Below are positions 29,653-40,315 of a stretch of DNA of 64,000 bases, in pieces. The stretch is from assembly GCA_963775465.1 (NCBI GenBank), contig CAVZIW010000015.1:4217-68216 (forward strand), read 5' to 3'. The translations under genes and the position numbers were made by a program. Source of the stretch: Candidatus Bathyarchaeota archaeon. GTDB lineage: Archaea; Thermoproteota; Bathyarchaeia; Bathyarchaeales; Bathycorpusculaceae. Every line of letters starts with the position of its first letter. Within the stretch, counting starts at the first letter, position 1. Under the pieces are notes generated by a model. That model did not search any database, was not told where the DNA came from, and saw only the letters and a program-made list of their open reading frames with translations.

Positions 29653-29921
29653 TCTTTAGCCTTGTTTATACATCTAGATTATTCAGATTTAAGAATTTCT
29701 TAGTGTACTTAAGAGACATCTTAGAGGAGAACACAAAAAATCTTGTCAAGCACAAATAATATTCAAAATTGGCGCGATCTGAAGGCAAAACGACTAAGAT
29801 AGATAGGACAATTTTTCGGTTGACCCGCGATTTTTGTGGTTCTTGGTTTTCCAACTGAGATCTGAAAATAGCAAGACTTAGGAAAAACTTAAAAGAAAAA
29901 TTAAAAGATATAGCAAATTTA

Positions 29922-29944
29922 GCAGACTAAGACAAAAAGTCTGC
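29922..29944. promoter_or_regulatory. Inverted repeat GCAGACT-N9-AGTCTGC, putative operator of paralogue 2
   Basis: Perfect 7-bp inverted repeat between an AT-rich promoter-like stretch and ATG 29966. Confidence 0.5.
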
Positions 29945-29965
29945 AAAAATTCGGAGAAAACAAAA

Positions 29966-32590
29966 ATGAAGCATAATTTTCTAACTATAAAATCCGCTAT
30001 CTCTATCGCTATGCTATTGATGTTAGTATTATCTTCAGCAATAACGCTGTTACCTGCTGCATTTGCGCATACACCACCTGATGATATTCTTACGTATGCA
30101 TACCTTAGTGTCGCGCCTGACCCTATAGGAATTGGACAACGCCTTTTCGTTGTGATGTGGCTCGATTCCGTCTTGCCGGGAGCAACGGTGGAAAACGACA
30201 TAAGATTTCACGATTTCAAACTGACAATTACAAGACCTGATGGAAATACAGAAGTAGAAAATTGGCCCATAGTAACAGACACTGCATCTTCGCAACCCTT
30301 CTTGTACTATCCCGATCAAGTCGGAAACTATACCTTCAAATTCGAATATCCGGGACAAACCTACACTTGGAACCGAGCGAACACACCTGGACTTTCAGCT
30401 GCAAACGCTGCGTATGAAAACGATACATATCTGCCCAGCAGTAAGACAAAATACGTCACGGTTCAGCAAGAACCAGTTTTCACACCTCCAAACAGTTATC
30501 CACTGCCCAATGAATATTGGGCACGTCCAATAGAAGGTCAGAATGTCGATTGGTGGACAATCTCATCCAACTGGTTAGGGAGACAATCCCCTCAACTTGC
30601 AGAAGAAAGACTTAGAAACCCAGACGACGGGATAGGACCCGTAACTCCTCATGTCATGTGGACAAAGCCAATCCAGGAAGGCGGCGTTGTCGGTGGAACC
30701 AATACATTTGTCGAAGGTGAAGGATACTACATTGGAACAACATACAACCGGAGATTTAACAACCCTATAATCATGTATGGAATTCTATATTATACTGAGC
30801 CTGAGAGCATACCCGTGACAACTACAACTGCCGGCGGTTTAACAAAAGCTGTAGATATACGCACTGGAGAAGAAATATGGTCGCAGAGAATCCCTGGTCC
30901 AAACAACCTTTTCCAGTTTGGCTATCAGTACACTTCCGGTGATAATCCCAACATGCATGGGACATGGCCAGGAATATTGTTTACTGCAGATTTTGCACGC
31001 GCCTTCGATGCACGCACAGGTAACCCAATGTTCAATGTAACTAACATGCCTGTAACTAGAGCTATAAGCCCGACAACAAGCGTAGGCACAGAGTACCTTG
31101 GTCCAGATGGTACTGTATATTTGTATCAATACAGTGGGGCAAACCATTGGCTAGCTCAGTGGAATTCATCGAAACTATGGACCTGGGGAACTACACCATC
31201 AATTCCATCAGTTGTTGATGCGAGCATAAACTCGGGACCCAACAATCGTTATGATTGGAACATTTCGATACCAATGAGTATTCCATCGAACGCAAGAATC
31301 GTCTATACCATTCTGGATGACATAGTTCTCTTAACTAACATTACTAGTGCAACCGGTTTTGGTCCTTCCGCATCTGGAACTGCTCCGTACATGGTGGCTG
31401 CTATAAGTTTGGATCCCTCTTCAAGAGGAACGCTGCTTTGGAAAGAAGAATATACTCAACCGCCTCTAACAAGATCCATACCAGGAAAGCTTGTTGACGA
31501 ACAGAACCGCATCTTTTTGACATATGACAAAGAGACATCTCAGATTCATGGTCACAGTCTTGACACTGGCAAAGAATTATGGGCTACAAACCTGCCCGAA
31601 GACTCATCTGACTTTATCCTCTACAGCTACTTAGGCGCTATTGGTCTGCAGATCGGCTATGACAAAGTCTACTTTGGAGGATACGGAGGCATACTTCACG
31701 CCTACGATATTAAAACTGGCGATCTTCTCTGGACTTACGGCAATGGTGGACCAGGCAATACGACATACTCTGGAACAGGCTTAGCTTACGGTAGATATCC
31801 GATATACCCAGGACCAATAGCTAATGGAGTAATATATCTAGACACCGGCGAACATAGTGCTCAACCACCTTTGTACAAAGGCGCATTAGTGCGTGCCCTT
31901 AACGCAACAACTGGAGAAGAAATATGGACGCTGACAGGATGGGGAGGACACCACAGACGTGAAGGATTCGCGGTTGCAGACGGGTTCCTGCTGTATCTGA
32001 ACCATTATGATATGCAGATATACAGCGTAGGCAAAGGACCTAGCGCAATGACGGTTACAGCACCAAAGAGCGGTATACCATTCGGTCAATCAGTAGTCAT
32101 AAGTGGCACCGTTCTCGACATAGCTGCTGGAACCAAGCAGAATGAGCAAGCTGCACGCTTTCCAAACGGAGTTGCTGCAGTGTCTGACGCTAACATGAGT
32201 GCTTGGATGGAATACGTATACATGCAGAAGCCTCGACCCAAAGACATACTCGGAGTTACAGTCTCTATCGATGTAATTGACTCTAACGGCAATATGAGAA
32301 CCATTGGAACAGCGACTAGCGATGGGAATGGATTCTACAGTCTAATGTGGAAACCAGATATTCCAGGAAAATACACTGTTATTGCCTCGTTTGCAGGCTC
32401 AGAAGCATACTGGCCATCAAGAGACGAAACAGCTTTCGGCGTAGAAGATGAATTAGCCCCAACAGATGCACCGCCAGAACAGGCACAATCAATGACAGAT
32501 ACGTACGTTCTAGGAATGGGGGCTGCTATTCTCGTCGCCATAATAGCAATAGGCATTGTTATGGTGCTTATCCTCAGAAGAAGACCATAA
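29966..32590 (+). CDS. PQQ-like beta-propeller surface protein, paralogue 2
   Basis: Same architecture as paralogue 1; RFPNGVAAVSDANMSAWM; TM ending ILRRRP. Confidence 0.85.
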   Translation: MKHNFLTIKSAISIAMLLMLVLSSAITLLPAAFAHTPPDDILTYAYLSVAPDPIGIGQRLFVVMWLDSVLPGATVENDIRFHDFKLTITRPDGNTEVENWPIVTDTASSQPFLYYPDQVGNYTFKFEYPGQTYTWNRANTPGLSAANAAYENDTYLPSSKTKYVTVQQEPVFTPPNSYPLPNEYWARPIEGQNVDWWTISSNWLGRQSPQLAEERLRNPDDGIGPVTPHVMWTKPIQEGGVVGGTNTFVEGEGYYIGTTYNRRFNNPIIMYGILYYTEPESIPVTTTTAGGLTKAVDIRTGEEIWSQRIPGPNNLFQFGYQYTSGDNPNMHGTWPGILFTADFARAFDARTGNPMFNVTNMPVTRAISPTTSVGTEYLGPDGTVYLYQYSGANHWLAQWNSSKLWTWGTTPSIPSVVDASINSGPNNRYDWNISIPMSIPSNARIVYTILDDIVLLTNITSATGFGPSASGTAPYMVAAISLDPSSRGTLLWKEEYTQPPLTRSIPGKLVDEQNRIFLTYDKETSQIHGHSLDTGKELWATNLPEDSSDFILYSYLGAIGLQIGYDKVYFGGYGGILHAYDIKTGDLLWTYGNGGPGNTTYSGTGLAYGRYPIYPGPIANGVIYLDTGEHSAQPPLYKGALVRALNATTGEEIWTLTGWGGHHRREGFAVADGFLLYLNHYDMQIYSVGKGPSAMTVTAPKSGIPFGQSVVISGTVLDIAAGTKQNEQAARFPNGVAAVSDANMSAWMEYVYMQKPRPKDILGVTVSIDVIDSNGNMRTIGTATSDGNGFYSLMWKPDIPGKYTVIASFAGSEAYWPSRDETAFGVEDELAPTDAPPEQAQSMTDTYVLGMGAAILVAIIAIGIVMVLILRRRP

Positions 32591-32835
32591 AAAAATACAA
32601 TATTCCCTCTTCTTTTTTTTCTGCCGATAGTTACTGGATATGCTAATTTCTCTCAAGCTGTCTTTGGAATCTTATTTATTATATAGTTTGGAATTTGACG
32701 GATCATTGTTGAGCTTTTATTAATTAAACTAAATCCAACCAAAATCTTACCTTAAATCCTACTTAGATCAGATTTTAAGAGAGTGACGAACATAATTGCG
32801 CGTTCGATACTCAAAAAAAAGAAAGAGAGGGAGGT

Positions 32836-33444
32836 TTAGCTCATTGGGGGTGGCGGTGGGGGCATCTGATTTTGCTGTGGTGTTTGGTTTGTAGGTATTT
32901 GGAAGAATGCTACGAGTATCAGAATCCAAGCGATGAAAATCAAAATTAATCCTACAAAGACTATTGTGAGAATCGCACCGATGAGTAGCAGTAGACCTCC
33001 GGTCCTAAATAGTCCAACTCCAGATTTGTCTGCAAGTGTCTCGAATGCTTTTCGGATGTAGATGGCTTCAAGTAGGTAAAATATGAACGCGACGACTAGA
33101 AATATGATTATCCCTGCGATCAAACCCACTATGCCTGTCGCATCCGCATATCCTATTGCTGCTCCAGCGAAAACCCCGCCGAAAAATAGCGATGTTAGAG
33201 TTAACCCAGAAGCTGCGATTCCTATGATTCCAAAAATTACGGCGTAGAGTGTGTTTTTCCAGATGCTTTCGTCGTTGTATGCTTGGGAGAGAGTTCTCAT
33301 GCCAATCAAAACGAGTATTATGCCTACGATGCTGAGAAATGGAACTGGAATGACTAGAAATATTGAGCCGATGCCGGCCATATTTTTTCCTGATTCTAAT
33401 GACATTTCATATCCTCTAAGGGTGTGTTTTGTTTTGATCAGCAT
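32836..33444 (-). CDS. DUF996 family membrane protein
   Basis: GIGSIF...GIILVLIG...FRTGGLLLLIGAILTIVFVGLILIFIAWILILVAFFQI; Pro-rich tail. Confidence 0.85.
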   Translation of the reverse strand: MLIKTKHTLRGYEMSLESGKNMAGIGSIFLVIPVPFLSIVGIILVLIGMRTLSQAYNDESIWKNTLYAVIFGIIGIAASGLTLTSLFFGGVFAGAAIGYADATGIVGLIAGIIIFLVVAFIFYLLEAIYIRKAFETLADKSGVGLFRTGGLLLLIGAILTIVFVGLILIFIAWILILVAFFQIPTNQTPQQNQMPPPPPPMS

Positions 33445-33546
33445 AAAAGCTTTGCCGCGATGTAGCGTTGCCTAAACTATTAGGGTTTGAATGTGGCAAA
33501 CTTTAGTGTCGCAAGTCTTTTATCCGAATATCCAGTAGATACTTGA

Positions 33547-34032
33547 TTGAGTGAAATGATGAAAAGCCTAGTTGTGTACTATACTCGAACTGGAAACGCA
33601 AAATTCGTTGCAGAAACCATTGCGGCTGAGCTTGGCTCTGACCTTGAAGAAGTTGTTGATCTAAAGAAGCGAGCTGGTAAGCTTGGCTGGATTTCAGCGG
33701 GTAAGGATGCGAGCCAAGAAAAGCAAACTCAAATCGGTCCCACAAGTCGGGTTCCGCAAGATTACGATCTTATAGTTCTTGGAACTCCAATTTGGGCTTG
33801 GAAACCAACCCCTGCGATTAGAACCTACATAGCTAGAAATGACCTGTCCGGCAAGAAGGTGGCGTTATTTTTCACTATGGATTCAAGTTTGAAGCAAGCC
33901 GTGGAGAAAACAAAGGCGCTGATATCAAACGCTACGTTTGTGGGCGATATAGCGATACCAAAGGCGTTAGATAAGAAGGAAGAAACAGAGAAGCAGATCG
34001 CTGATTGGTGTAGTTCTCTTAAAATAGAGTAA
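33547..34032 (+). CDS. Flavodoxin family protein
   Basis: YYTRTGNAKFVA and DYDLIVLGTPIW motifs. Confidence 0.88.
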   Translation: MSEMMKSLVVYYTRTGNAKFVAETIAAELGSDLEEVVDLKKRAGKLGWISAGKDASQEKQTQIGPTSRVPQDYDLIVLGTPIWAWKPTPAIRTYIARNDLSGKKVALFFTMDSSLKQAVEKTKALISNATFVGDIAIPKALDKKEETEKQIADWCSSLKIE

Positions 34033-34153
34033 ATAGCTGGAGGACCTTTGTGGTAGAGCTTTCAAGTGTTTTCCCGAAAGGTTTATCCACAGATCGACTG
34101 CATTGAATTTAGGGAAATGCATGAAAAAAGGTTTTTTGAAAAATATTAGCGTA

Positions 34154-34777
34154 ATGGACTCTCCTTCATCGTCGACGCCAACTCAAAAGAAATCTCGTAA
34201 AACTCTTTGGATGATCCTTTTAGCTGTCATATTGATTGTTATTATAGCAGTGGGAGCTTTCATTGCCATGGGCGGTTTAGGCACCAACAATTCTGCGGCA
34301 ACACCTACACCAACTCCAGGCGGCAACCCAACACCTACCACCGGAACATCCTCAACGCCAACACCATCAGTTACAGGTGCAGACATCGCAGGAGCAAGCA
34401 GCCTACAATACAGTGTTGAAGCAACCTCTGGCGGAGTCTCTCAGGGATCATATACATACTATGGCAAAAACGCAGGCACAGACAACTTTATGATGCGGAT
34501 AGACTACACAGATGGCTCAGGAGATCAAGGTTCGTTTATCATAAACTCGGCACAACAGAAGGCTTGGTCGTACTCGGATGGAGAATGGACTGATGTCTCA
34601 ATAGCGTTTTCAATGCAATACGACACTTGGAATACATTATGGGAAGGATATGTTAACGCTCTTGGCGCTTGGACAGGATTAGGAGACTACACATACTCAG
34701 CTGGCGGAGACTCGGTAAGAATCTACGGTGTTAGCGTAAATCCATCACTCCCAGACTCACTGTTTACACCCAGCTAA
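34154..34777 (+). CDS. Membrane-anchored extracellular protein with Thr/Pro linker
   Basis: KKSRK plus TM helix, TPTPTP linker, beta-rich domain; start taken at ATG 34154 within ORF 34103. Confidence 0.6.
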   Translation: MDSPSSSTPTQKKSRKTLWMILLAVILIVIIAVGAFIAMGGLGTNNSAATPTPTPGGNPTPTTGTSSTPTPSVTGADIAGASSLQYSVEATSGGVSQGSYTYYGKNAGTDNFMMRIDYTDGSGDQGSFIINSAQQKAWSYSDGEWTDVSIAFSMQYDTWNTLWEGYVNALGAWTGLGDYTYSAGGDSVRIYGVSVNPSLPDSLFTPS

Positions 34778-34932
34778 ACAAAACAAGCTTCAAACCCAAT
34801 TTTTTCTTTTTTTTTTTTTTCTTCCGATATTCTGTCTTGCTTGTCGCATTTCATTAATTTTAGGATTTAATAAGAAAAAAATAATTTTGGATGGTAAATT
34901 AAGTCTATCCGCAGAAGAATCCAAAGAAGTTG

Positions 34933-35262
34933 CTACATCTGCATGGGCATCATTTCAAAGACTTCGATGCTCGCTTTTGGCATCATAAAGTGAGGGCTGT
35001 CAACAATCATAGCTTTCACTGCCTCCATATTCTCTGCCTGCACAATGCTGTAGCCGGCAATTTCGGTCATACTCTTAGAACTTTCGTTTTTGGTATAATG
35101 CATTCCGCTCCCTAGAGGCGTTCCAGCATCAACGAGTGCCGCGCCAGCTTTTTTAAACCAAGCCATCCAGGGCTCCATGCCTTTCTTCATCTCTTCTGGG
35201 CTCACATTCATCTGCTGCTCAGCCGATACAGGCGCCATATATAAAATCATGAATTTTTTCGT
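34933..35262 (-). CDS. YciI-related protein, probable ACG start
   Basis: WMAWF...LVDAGTPL...IAGYSIVQAE...SPH...IEVFE; GGAGGTGA 6 nt upstream of in-frame ACG-AAA-AAA-TTC-ATG. Confidence 0.8.
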   Translation of the reverse strand, partial: TKKFMILYMAPVSAEQQMNVSPEEMKKGMEPWMAWFKKAGAALVDAGTPLGSGMHYTKNESSKSMTEIAGYSIVQAENMEAVKAMIVDSPHFMMPKASIEVFEMMPMQM

Positions 35263-35537
35263 TACATTTCACCTCCACAAAAAACCAATAATACAATTTG
35301 GTTGAATACTATTAGCAAACATTGAAGCGATTTAAGGCATTGTGGTAGTTATCTGCCAATCACATTTAGGATTCTCTTTATTTTTCTAGAATATTGTGAA
35401 TTACGAAATATTGCTTATATACGCTTTTTGGCGCCTGTCTGTTAAGAAGTAAGATGAGGGGAGAGTATGTTTTCAGAAATAATTCTGCCTCTAGTAAAAA
35501 ATCAGTTGCATGCTGAGCATGAGAGCTTTATTTTGAG

Positions 35538-35972
35538 GTGGTTTTGATGGGGAAGAATCGTAATCGCATATGCATTATTGCAGCCATTTTACAGGCTGCC
35601 AACTCCGGGTCAAGTAAAACTCGAATAATGTTTGAAGCGAATTTGAGTTTTAGCGTACTTATAAAGTATTTAAATGTCGCCGAGGAAGTCGGTTTTATTC
35701 GCCTTGATGATTCTAAATACCACTTAACTGAGCTTGGACAAGTATATCTAAAGCAGTATAAGCAGTATGAGACACGTTGCGCTAAAGTTCAGAGGGCCAT
35801 AGAGTCACTACGGGGAGAGCGGGAGAGGCTTGATAAGTTATGTGAAGGCTCAATTTCAAACGGACTCTCAAAGATGTATCTAAACATAGAAGAGATGCCA
35901 GCCATGGAAGAAACAGAAAATAAAACAATTAAGCCAACAAACAAACTCCCTGGTTCTTCAAGAAAAAGTTAA
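35538..35972 (+). CDS. Winged-HTH protein (archaeal HTH_45-like)
   Basis: R.R..IIA.IL...SKTRIMFEANLSF.VL..YL...YHLTELG. Confidence 0.8.
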   Translation: MVLMGKNRNRICIIAAILQAANSGSSKTRIMFEANLSFSVLIKYLNVAEEVGFIRLDDSKYHLTELGQVYLKQYKQYETRCAKVQRAIESLRGERERLDKLCEGSISNGLSKMYLNIEEMPAMEETENKTIKPTNKLPGSSRKS

Positions 35973-35979
35973 ATCTAAA

Positions 35980-36672
35980 GTGCAACGATATAACTTGAAC
36001 ATGATACAGCCAACAGAAGACAACACAAAGACTGAGGATACGACACGGTCTTCGCTGAATAGACTCGCAATAATACTGAAAATTGTTTTTGAAGATAACC
36101 AAGACATTTTCTTGAAAAAGCCAGAAGAAGTAAATGTGGATTCACTGAAACATTTGTCTGATTCATTCATTTCAATTTCTACTCTATTTCAAGAGGTCAT
36201 TGAAGAATGGTTCGGTTCTGATTCAGAAGCGTTTGACGTCATTAAGCAGTCAGAAGAACTTAAAGCTAAACTTGCCACTGAAATAAGCGAGGCTGATAAA
36301 CTAGATTTTGAGCAAATAAGAACAATTATGAATAGAACAAATAGAATCGACGAGGCTCTGGAAGATTTAGAGAAAATATCATACTATCTAAAATATTATG
36401 AAGATTTATGCAAACAAAAAGGTCTTACAACGTACGCCAATTTATCAGAAATTTTTAGAGTCTATGGTGCTGAGGAATTTATTAAAATCCTAAAGAACGA
36501 GGCAAAACGACATAAGCTTCAGATAGAGAGAAACAATTTATACAATAATCTGCACAATCAAACAAAACTCAACACAAAGACTTTGAAAATTGCTTATGCT
36601 GCATTGAGCATCTCGATTGTGTTTGCTGTTATTGCCGTGTTGGATTTGCTTTTGAGGTTTATGGGTCGCTAA
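35980..36672 (+). CDS. Hypothetical coiled-coil protein with C-terminal TM
   Basis: 230 aa, helical and charged, with a hydrophobic end. Confidence 0.55.
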   Translation: MQRYNLNMIQPTEDNTKTEDTTRSSLNRLAIILKIVFEDNQDIFLKKPEEVNVDSLKHLSDSFISISTLFQEVIEEWFGSDSEAFDVIKQSEELKAKLATEISEADKLDFEQIRTIMNRTNRIDEALEDLEKISYYLKYYEDLCKQKGLTTYANLSEIFRVYGAEEFIKILKNEAKRHKLQIERNNLYNNLHNQTKLNTKTLKIAYAALSISIVFAVIAVLDLLLRFMGR

Positions 36673-36731
36673 GTACGATGTTGGTTCAACCTGGGAAATT
36701 GCTCTTGTTGCTTGCTGAGCTTGTTAAAATG

Positions 36732-37322
36732 TTACGTGCTCTGGGGTTTTGTCTCGCTCATTTTTTCGATTCTTTCAGCAGTGTTAAATGTAAGCTGTTC
36801 AAGTCGTATGCTCATTCGCTCAACGTCACAAACGGACGGTTCAATTTTGCACCTGTCGGGTTTTTTAAGTAGTTCAAGTTGGTTTAAATAGCCGCTGTAT
36901 AGAATCTGGTATTGAAGGCTTTTAGCTGCGTTTTTTGTGATTTTTGATTGTGGAGAAATTAGCAGTATCGAGACAAGCGAGGCAACGCCAAGCACAGATA
37001 GAATAGTTGAAAATAATCCCACTCCGTTGAGTGCGCTAAGTATTATTGCATCTAAGATGAGGCTTGCTCCTAACCCCATCATTAAAATGTAGATTGATAT
37101 GTTGATCTTGCAGGCTGCTTCACTTATTGAAATTGCCCTAAGAAATGTATCGTTAAAAGTTTTTTCAGCGTATGCAGCTTTATGTTCTTTGAATTGATTG
37201 GAATCTTTTTGGTCTTCTTTTACTTGTGTAGTTTCAATAGCAATAATGGGTCTGTCTTCTTCTATTTGCATTTTAGCCGACTTGGGGCTCCGGTGTTTTA
37301 ATTCAGTCAAAGCGTTCACCAA
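36732..37322 (-). CDS. Hypothetical two-TM protein
   Basis: 196 aa with a central TM hairpin. Confidence 0.55.
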   Translation of the reverse strand: MVNALTELKHRSPKSAKMQIEEDRPIIAIETTQVKEDQKDSNQFKEHKAAYAEKTFNDTFLRAISISEAACKINISIYILMMGLGASLILDAIILSALNGVGLFSTILSVLGVASLVSILLISPQSKITKNAAKSLQYQILYSGYLNQLELLKKPDRCKIEPSVCDVERMSIRLEQLTFNTAERIEKMSETKPQST

Positions 37323-37563
37323 TAAAATTAAACTGTGCCCTTGTTGGCTAATACGAGTTATGAATTGAGAATAATTATGAGGGCTCTTTATTTGATTTAT
37401 TTATTTTTGGTTGTGCGTGTTAAAGAATGATTGAAAATTGTTAAGGTGATAGAAAACGTGCGCTATTTTTCTAGAAATGTTTTGGCAAAAAGTGCTGTTG
37501 GCTAGATGTTATCACATACAGATTTATTCTGGCGAGTTAACGATTGCATAGAGGAACAACTAT

Positions 37564-39651
37564 TTGAATATGAATTTCTCAATTAAAGGAAAAAACTTTT
37601 TGATAGCTGCATTGCTAGTCGTGTTGATGGTTCTCAGCTCCTTTGCTGTATTCTCGCCAGTTTCTGCTTCTGCGCCAACACTCATGGATCCAACGACTAT
37701 ACCTAAATTCGAAAATCAAATAACAGGTGCACCGCCAGTCTATATTCCCCAGGTAATCCAAAACCCTGAGGGTAAAGGCATTGCGTACAGGTACACTGTA
37801 ACGATGGATGAACAAAACCAACAAGTCTTGCCGCCAGGATATCCTATGACTCCAGTTTGGGGTTACGGAGGATACGCTAAAGATGCCGTTACAGGCAAAT
37901 ACTTAGGTTACGTCTTAAACTCGCCAGGACCAAGCTTTGAAGCTAAAAGAGGAATCCCAACAGTTGTAAAATGGGTAAACAACATCGATGTACCATACAT
38001 GTTTCCAGTTGATCCAACTCTGCACTGGGCTAACCCAACGAACATTCCCATGATGACCGCAACCCAGCAAGCTGGACTTGGTCTAGCACCAACTTATCCA
38101 CCAGGATACAACGGTGTATCAATCGGCCTCACTAATCCAGAGGCTTGGAATGCTCAATCGCCTGTTCCGCTTGTGCCACACCTTCACGGAGGCGAAGTTT
38201 CATCACTATACGATGGAGGCCCAACCGCTTGGTGGACAAATGGCGGAGTAAGAGGCGAAACCTACAACAGCCTTTATCACACATCATCCAACGCAGCAGT
38301 CTACTACTATCCAAACGAACAGCCAGCTACTACCCTTTGGTACCATGACCACGCACTTGGCTTAACCAGAATAAATGTCATGTCAGGTCTAGCAGGATTT
38401 TATCTTTTACGCGATTCAGAAGACGCGTTAGGTAAGAACCTTCCAAGCGGAGCCTACGAAGTACCCCTCGCTATACAGGATAGAACATTCCAAAGCGATG
38501 GTTCATTCTACTTCCCCGCTGACGAAGCAACCAACCCAGATGTACATCCCTATTGGTCACCTGAATTTTTCGGAGACACCATAATGGTTAACGGCTTAGT
38601 CTGGCCAAACATGGATGTATCAAAAACGATGTACCGCTTCAGACTCTTAGACGGATCAAACGCCAGATTCTATACACTTAGCCTTGAAACTGACTCAGGC
38701 GAACCGGTAGAATTCACTCAGATAGGCACTGACGGAGGATACATGAAAAAAGCAGTAAAACTAACTGAACTAACTATTGCCCCTGGAGAAAGAGCAGACA
38801 TACTTATTGATTTCTCAGATCTAGCTCCTGGAACTAAAATTCTAATGAAGAACACTGCAAACGCCCCATTCCCTGATGGCGACCCAGTAGACCCCGAAAC
38901 TACAGGTCAAATTATGCAGTTCACGGTTACAAGAAAACATGTCCCGTATTCGCAACGACAGGATGCATGCCTAACAGAAGCTGCCACGAAACCCTACAAA
39001 ATCATAAACAATGACCTTAAAGGAGCATGGCCAACACTACCGGAACCAACCAACACAAGAACTATGACTCTATGGGAAGTCCAAGGAGATGGAGGCCCAC
39101 TTGAAGTGTTAGTTAACGGTCAAAAATGGGCTGCACCTGTCTCAGAGGATCCACAGGAAGGTTCAACTGAAGAGTGGGTAATTGTCAATTTGACTGGTGA
39201 TACCCATCCGATACATTTGCATCTGACCCAATTCCAACTCGTTGGACGTTACACATTAGCTGACCCAGATGCTTACGCCGCTGATTGGACAACGCTAAAC
39301 GGTGCAGAACCACCATACATGTTCACCCCAGAGGAACTTGACCCCTTCACCGATGGCAACTATATTGTTCCTGGATCATTCGTTGCGCCCGCAGCTAACG
39401 AACATGCCTGGAAAGACACCATACAGATGAATCCTGGAGAAGTTACCATAATTCGCGTTAGATTTGCGCCTATCGACGGATCAGCAAAGTATCCGTTTGA
39501 TCCTACAGAGGGTCCAGGATACGTCTGGCACTGCCACATTATAGACCATGAAGACAACGAAATGATGCGACCGTACATAGTGACACAAGCACCACCAACT
39601 CATCATCACTCAGGACCAAGATACCACAAATGGAACAATTGGAACTGCTAA
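37564..39651 (+). CDS. Secreted multicopper oxidase (CotA/bilirubin oxidase-like)
   Basis: All four Cu motifs present: PHLHGG, WYHDH, HPIHLH, HCHIIDHEDNEMM; signal peptide. Confidence 0.93.
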   Translation: MNMNFSIKGKNFLIAALLVVLMVLSSFAVFSPVSASAPTLMDPTTIPKFENQITGAPPVYIPQVIQNPEGKGIAYRYTVTMDEQNQQVLPPGYPMTPVWGYGGYAKDAVTGKYLGYVLNSPGPSFEAKRGIPTVVKWVNNIDVPYMFPVDPTLHWANPTNIPMMTATQQAGLGLAPTYPPGYNGVSIGLTNPEAWNAQSPVPLVPHLHGGEVSSLYDGGPTAWWTNGGVRGETYNSLYHTSSNAAVYYYPNEQPATTLWYHDHALGLTRINVMSGLAGFYLLRDSEDALGKNLPSGAYEVPLAIQDRTFQSDGSFYFPADEATNPDVHPYWSPEFFGDTIMVNGLVWPNMDVSKTMYRFRLLDGSNARFYTLSLETDSGEPVEFTQIGTDGGYMKKAVKLTELTIAPGERADILIDFSDLAPGTKILMKNTANAPFPDGDPVDPETTGQIMQFTVTRKHVPYSQRQDACLTEAATKPYKIINNDLKGAWPTLPEPTNTRTMTLWEVQGDGGPLEVLVNGQKWAAPVSEDPQEGSTEEWVIVNLTGDTHPIHLHLTQFQLVGRYTLADPDAYAADWTTLNGAEPPYMFTPEELDPFTDGNYIVPGSFVAPAANEHAWKDTIQMNPGEVTIIRVRFAPIDGSAKYPFDPTEGPGYVWHCHIIDHEDNEMMRPYIVTQAPPTHHHSGPRYHKWNNWNC

Positions 39652-39868
39652 ACACCGTTTTCTCAAAACAGAGGCTCTAGCCTTTATGGCTAGATTACCT
39701 TTCTTTTTTATTAAATCAGATAAACATTTTTTTGCTTTCAAGCAAGAAAAAGAGAGCGAAATAATCATGTTAATTCTTCTTGACTGAGCAAAGCTCTATA
39801 AATTCTAAAAACCTATTTTCTATAAGAACTACAATTTGAAAGTAGCAGTGATCAAAGCGCAGGATAGT

Positions 39869-40099
39869 TTAATTTGTGATTGTTACTTTTTCTTCTTTTG
39901 GAATCATCATGAGTTCTACGTTTTCATGTTTTGGTTGGGTTATGTTTGCTGGTTTTTGGTTTTTCTTGTTGTGGGGGTGCCCTATGTAGTAGAGGCTCCA
40001 GCCAACGGCGAATACGATTGCTAATGCCGGTGCAAGTAGGATTTTTGTAAGTTTGCTGCGGTGTTTTCTAGTGGTTGTTTTTTTCAAGTCTTTTCCCAT
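39869..40099 (-). CDS. Small single-TM hypothetical protein
   Basis: Basic N-terminus, LLAPALAIVFAVGWSLYYIG helix. Confidence 0.55.
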   Translation of the reverse strand: MGKDLKKTTTRKHRSKLTKILLAPALAIVFAVGWSLYYIGHPHNKKNQKPANITQPKHENVELMMIPKEEKVTITN

Positions 40100-40315
40100 G
40101 TCATATTACTTCGTAATTCTTAATATATAAGGTTTATTAATTTTGTGAAAACAAAAAACTGCAGTGAAACCAAAAAAAGAAAAAATAGCTGAAAAATAGG
40201 ACACACGCAAAATTTTTCTGCAAGGATTGTGATAATCAGATTCTATATAGTTATGTGTTCTCTAATAACAAAAAAGAGAGGGAATTTTTGAGGTTTGTTT
40301 TGTTAACTTTTTTTG

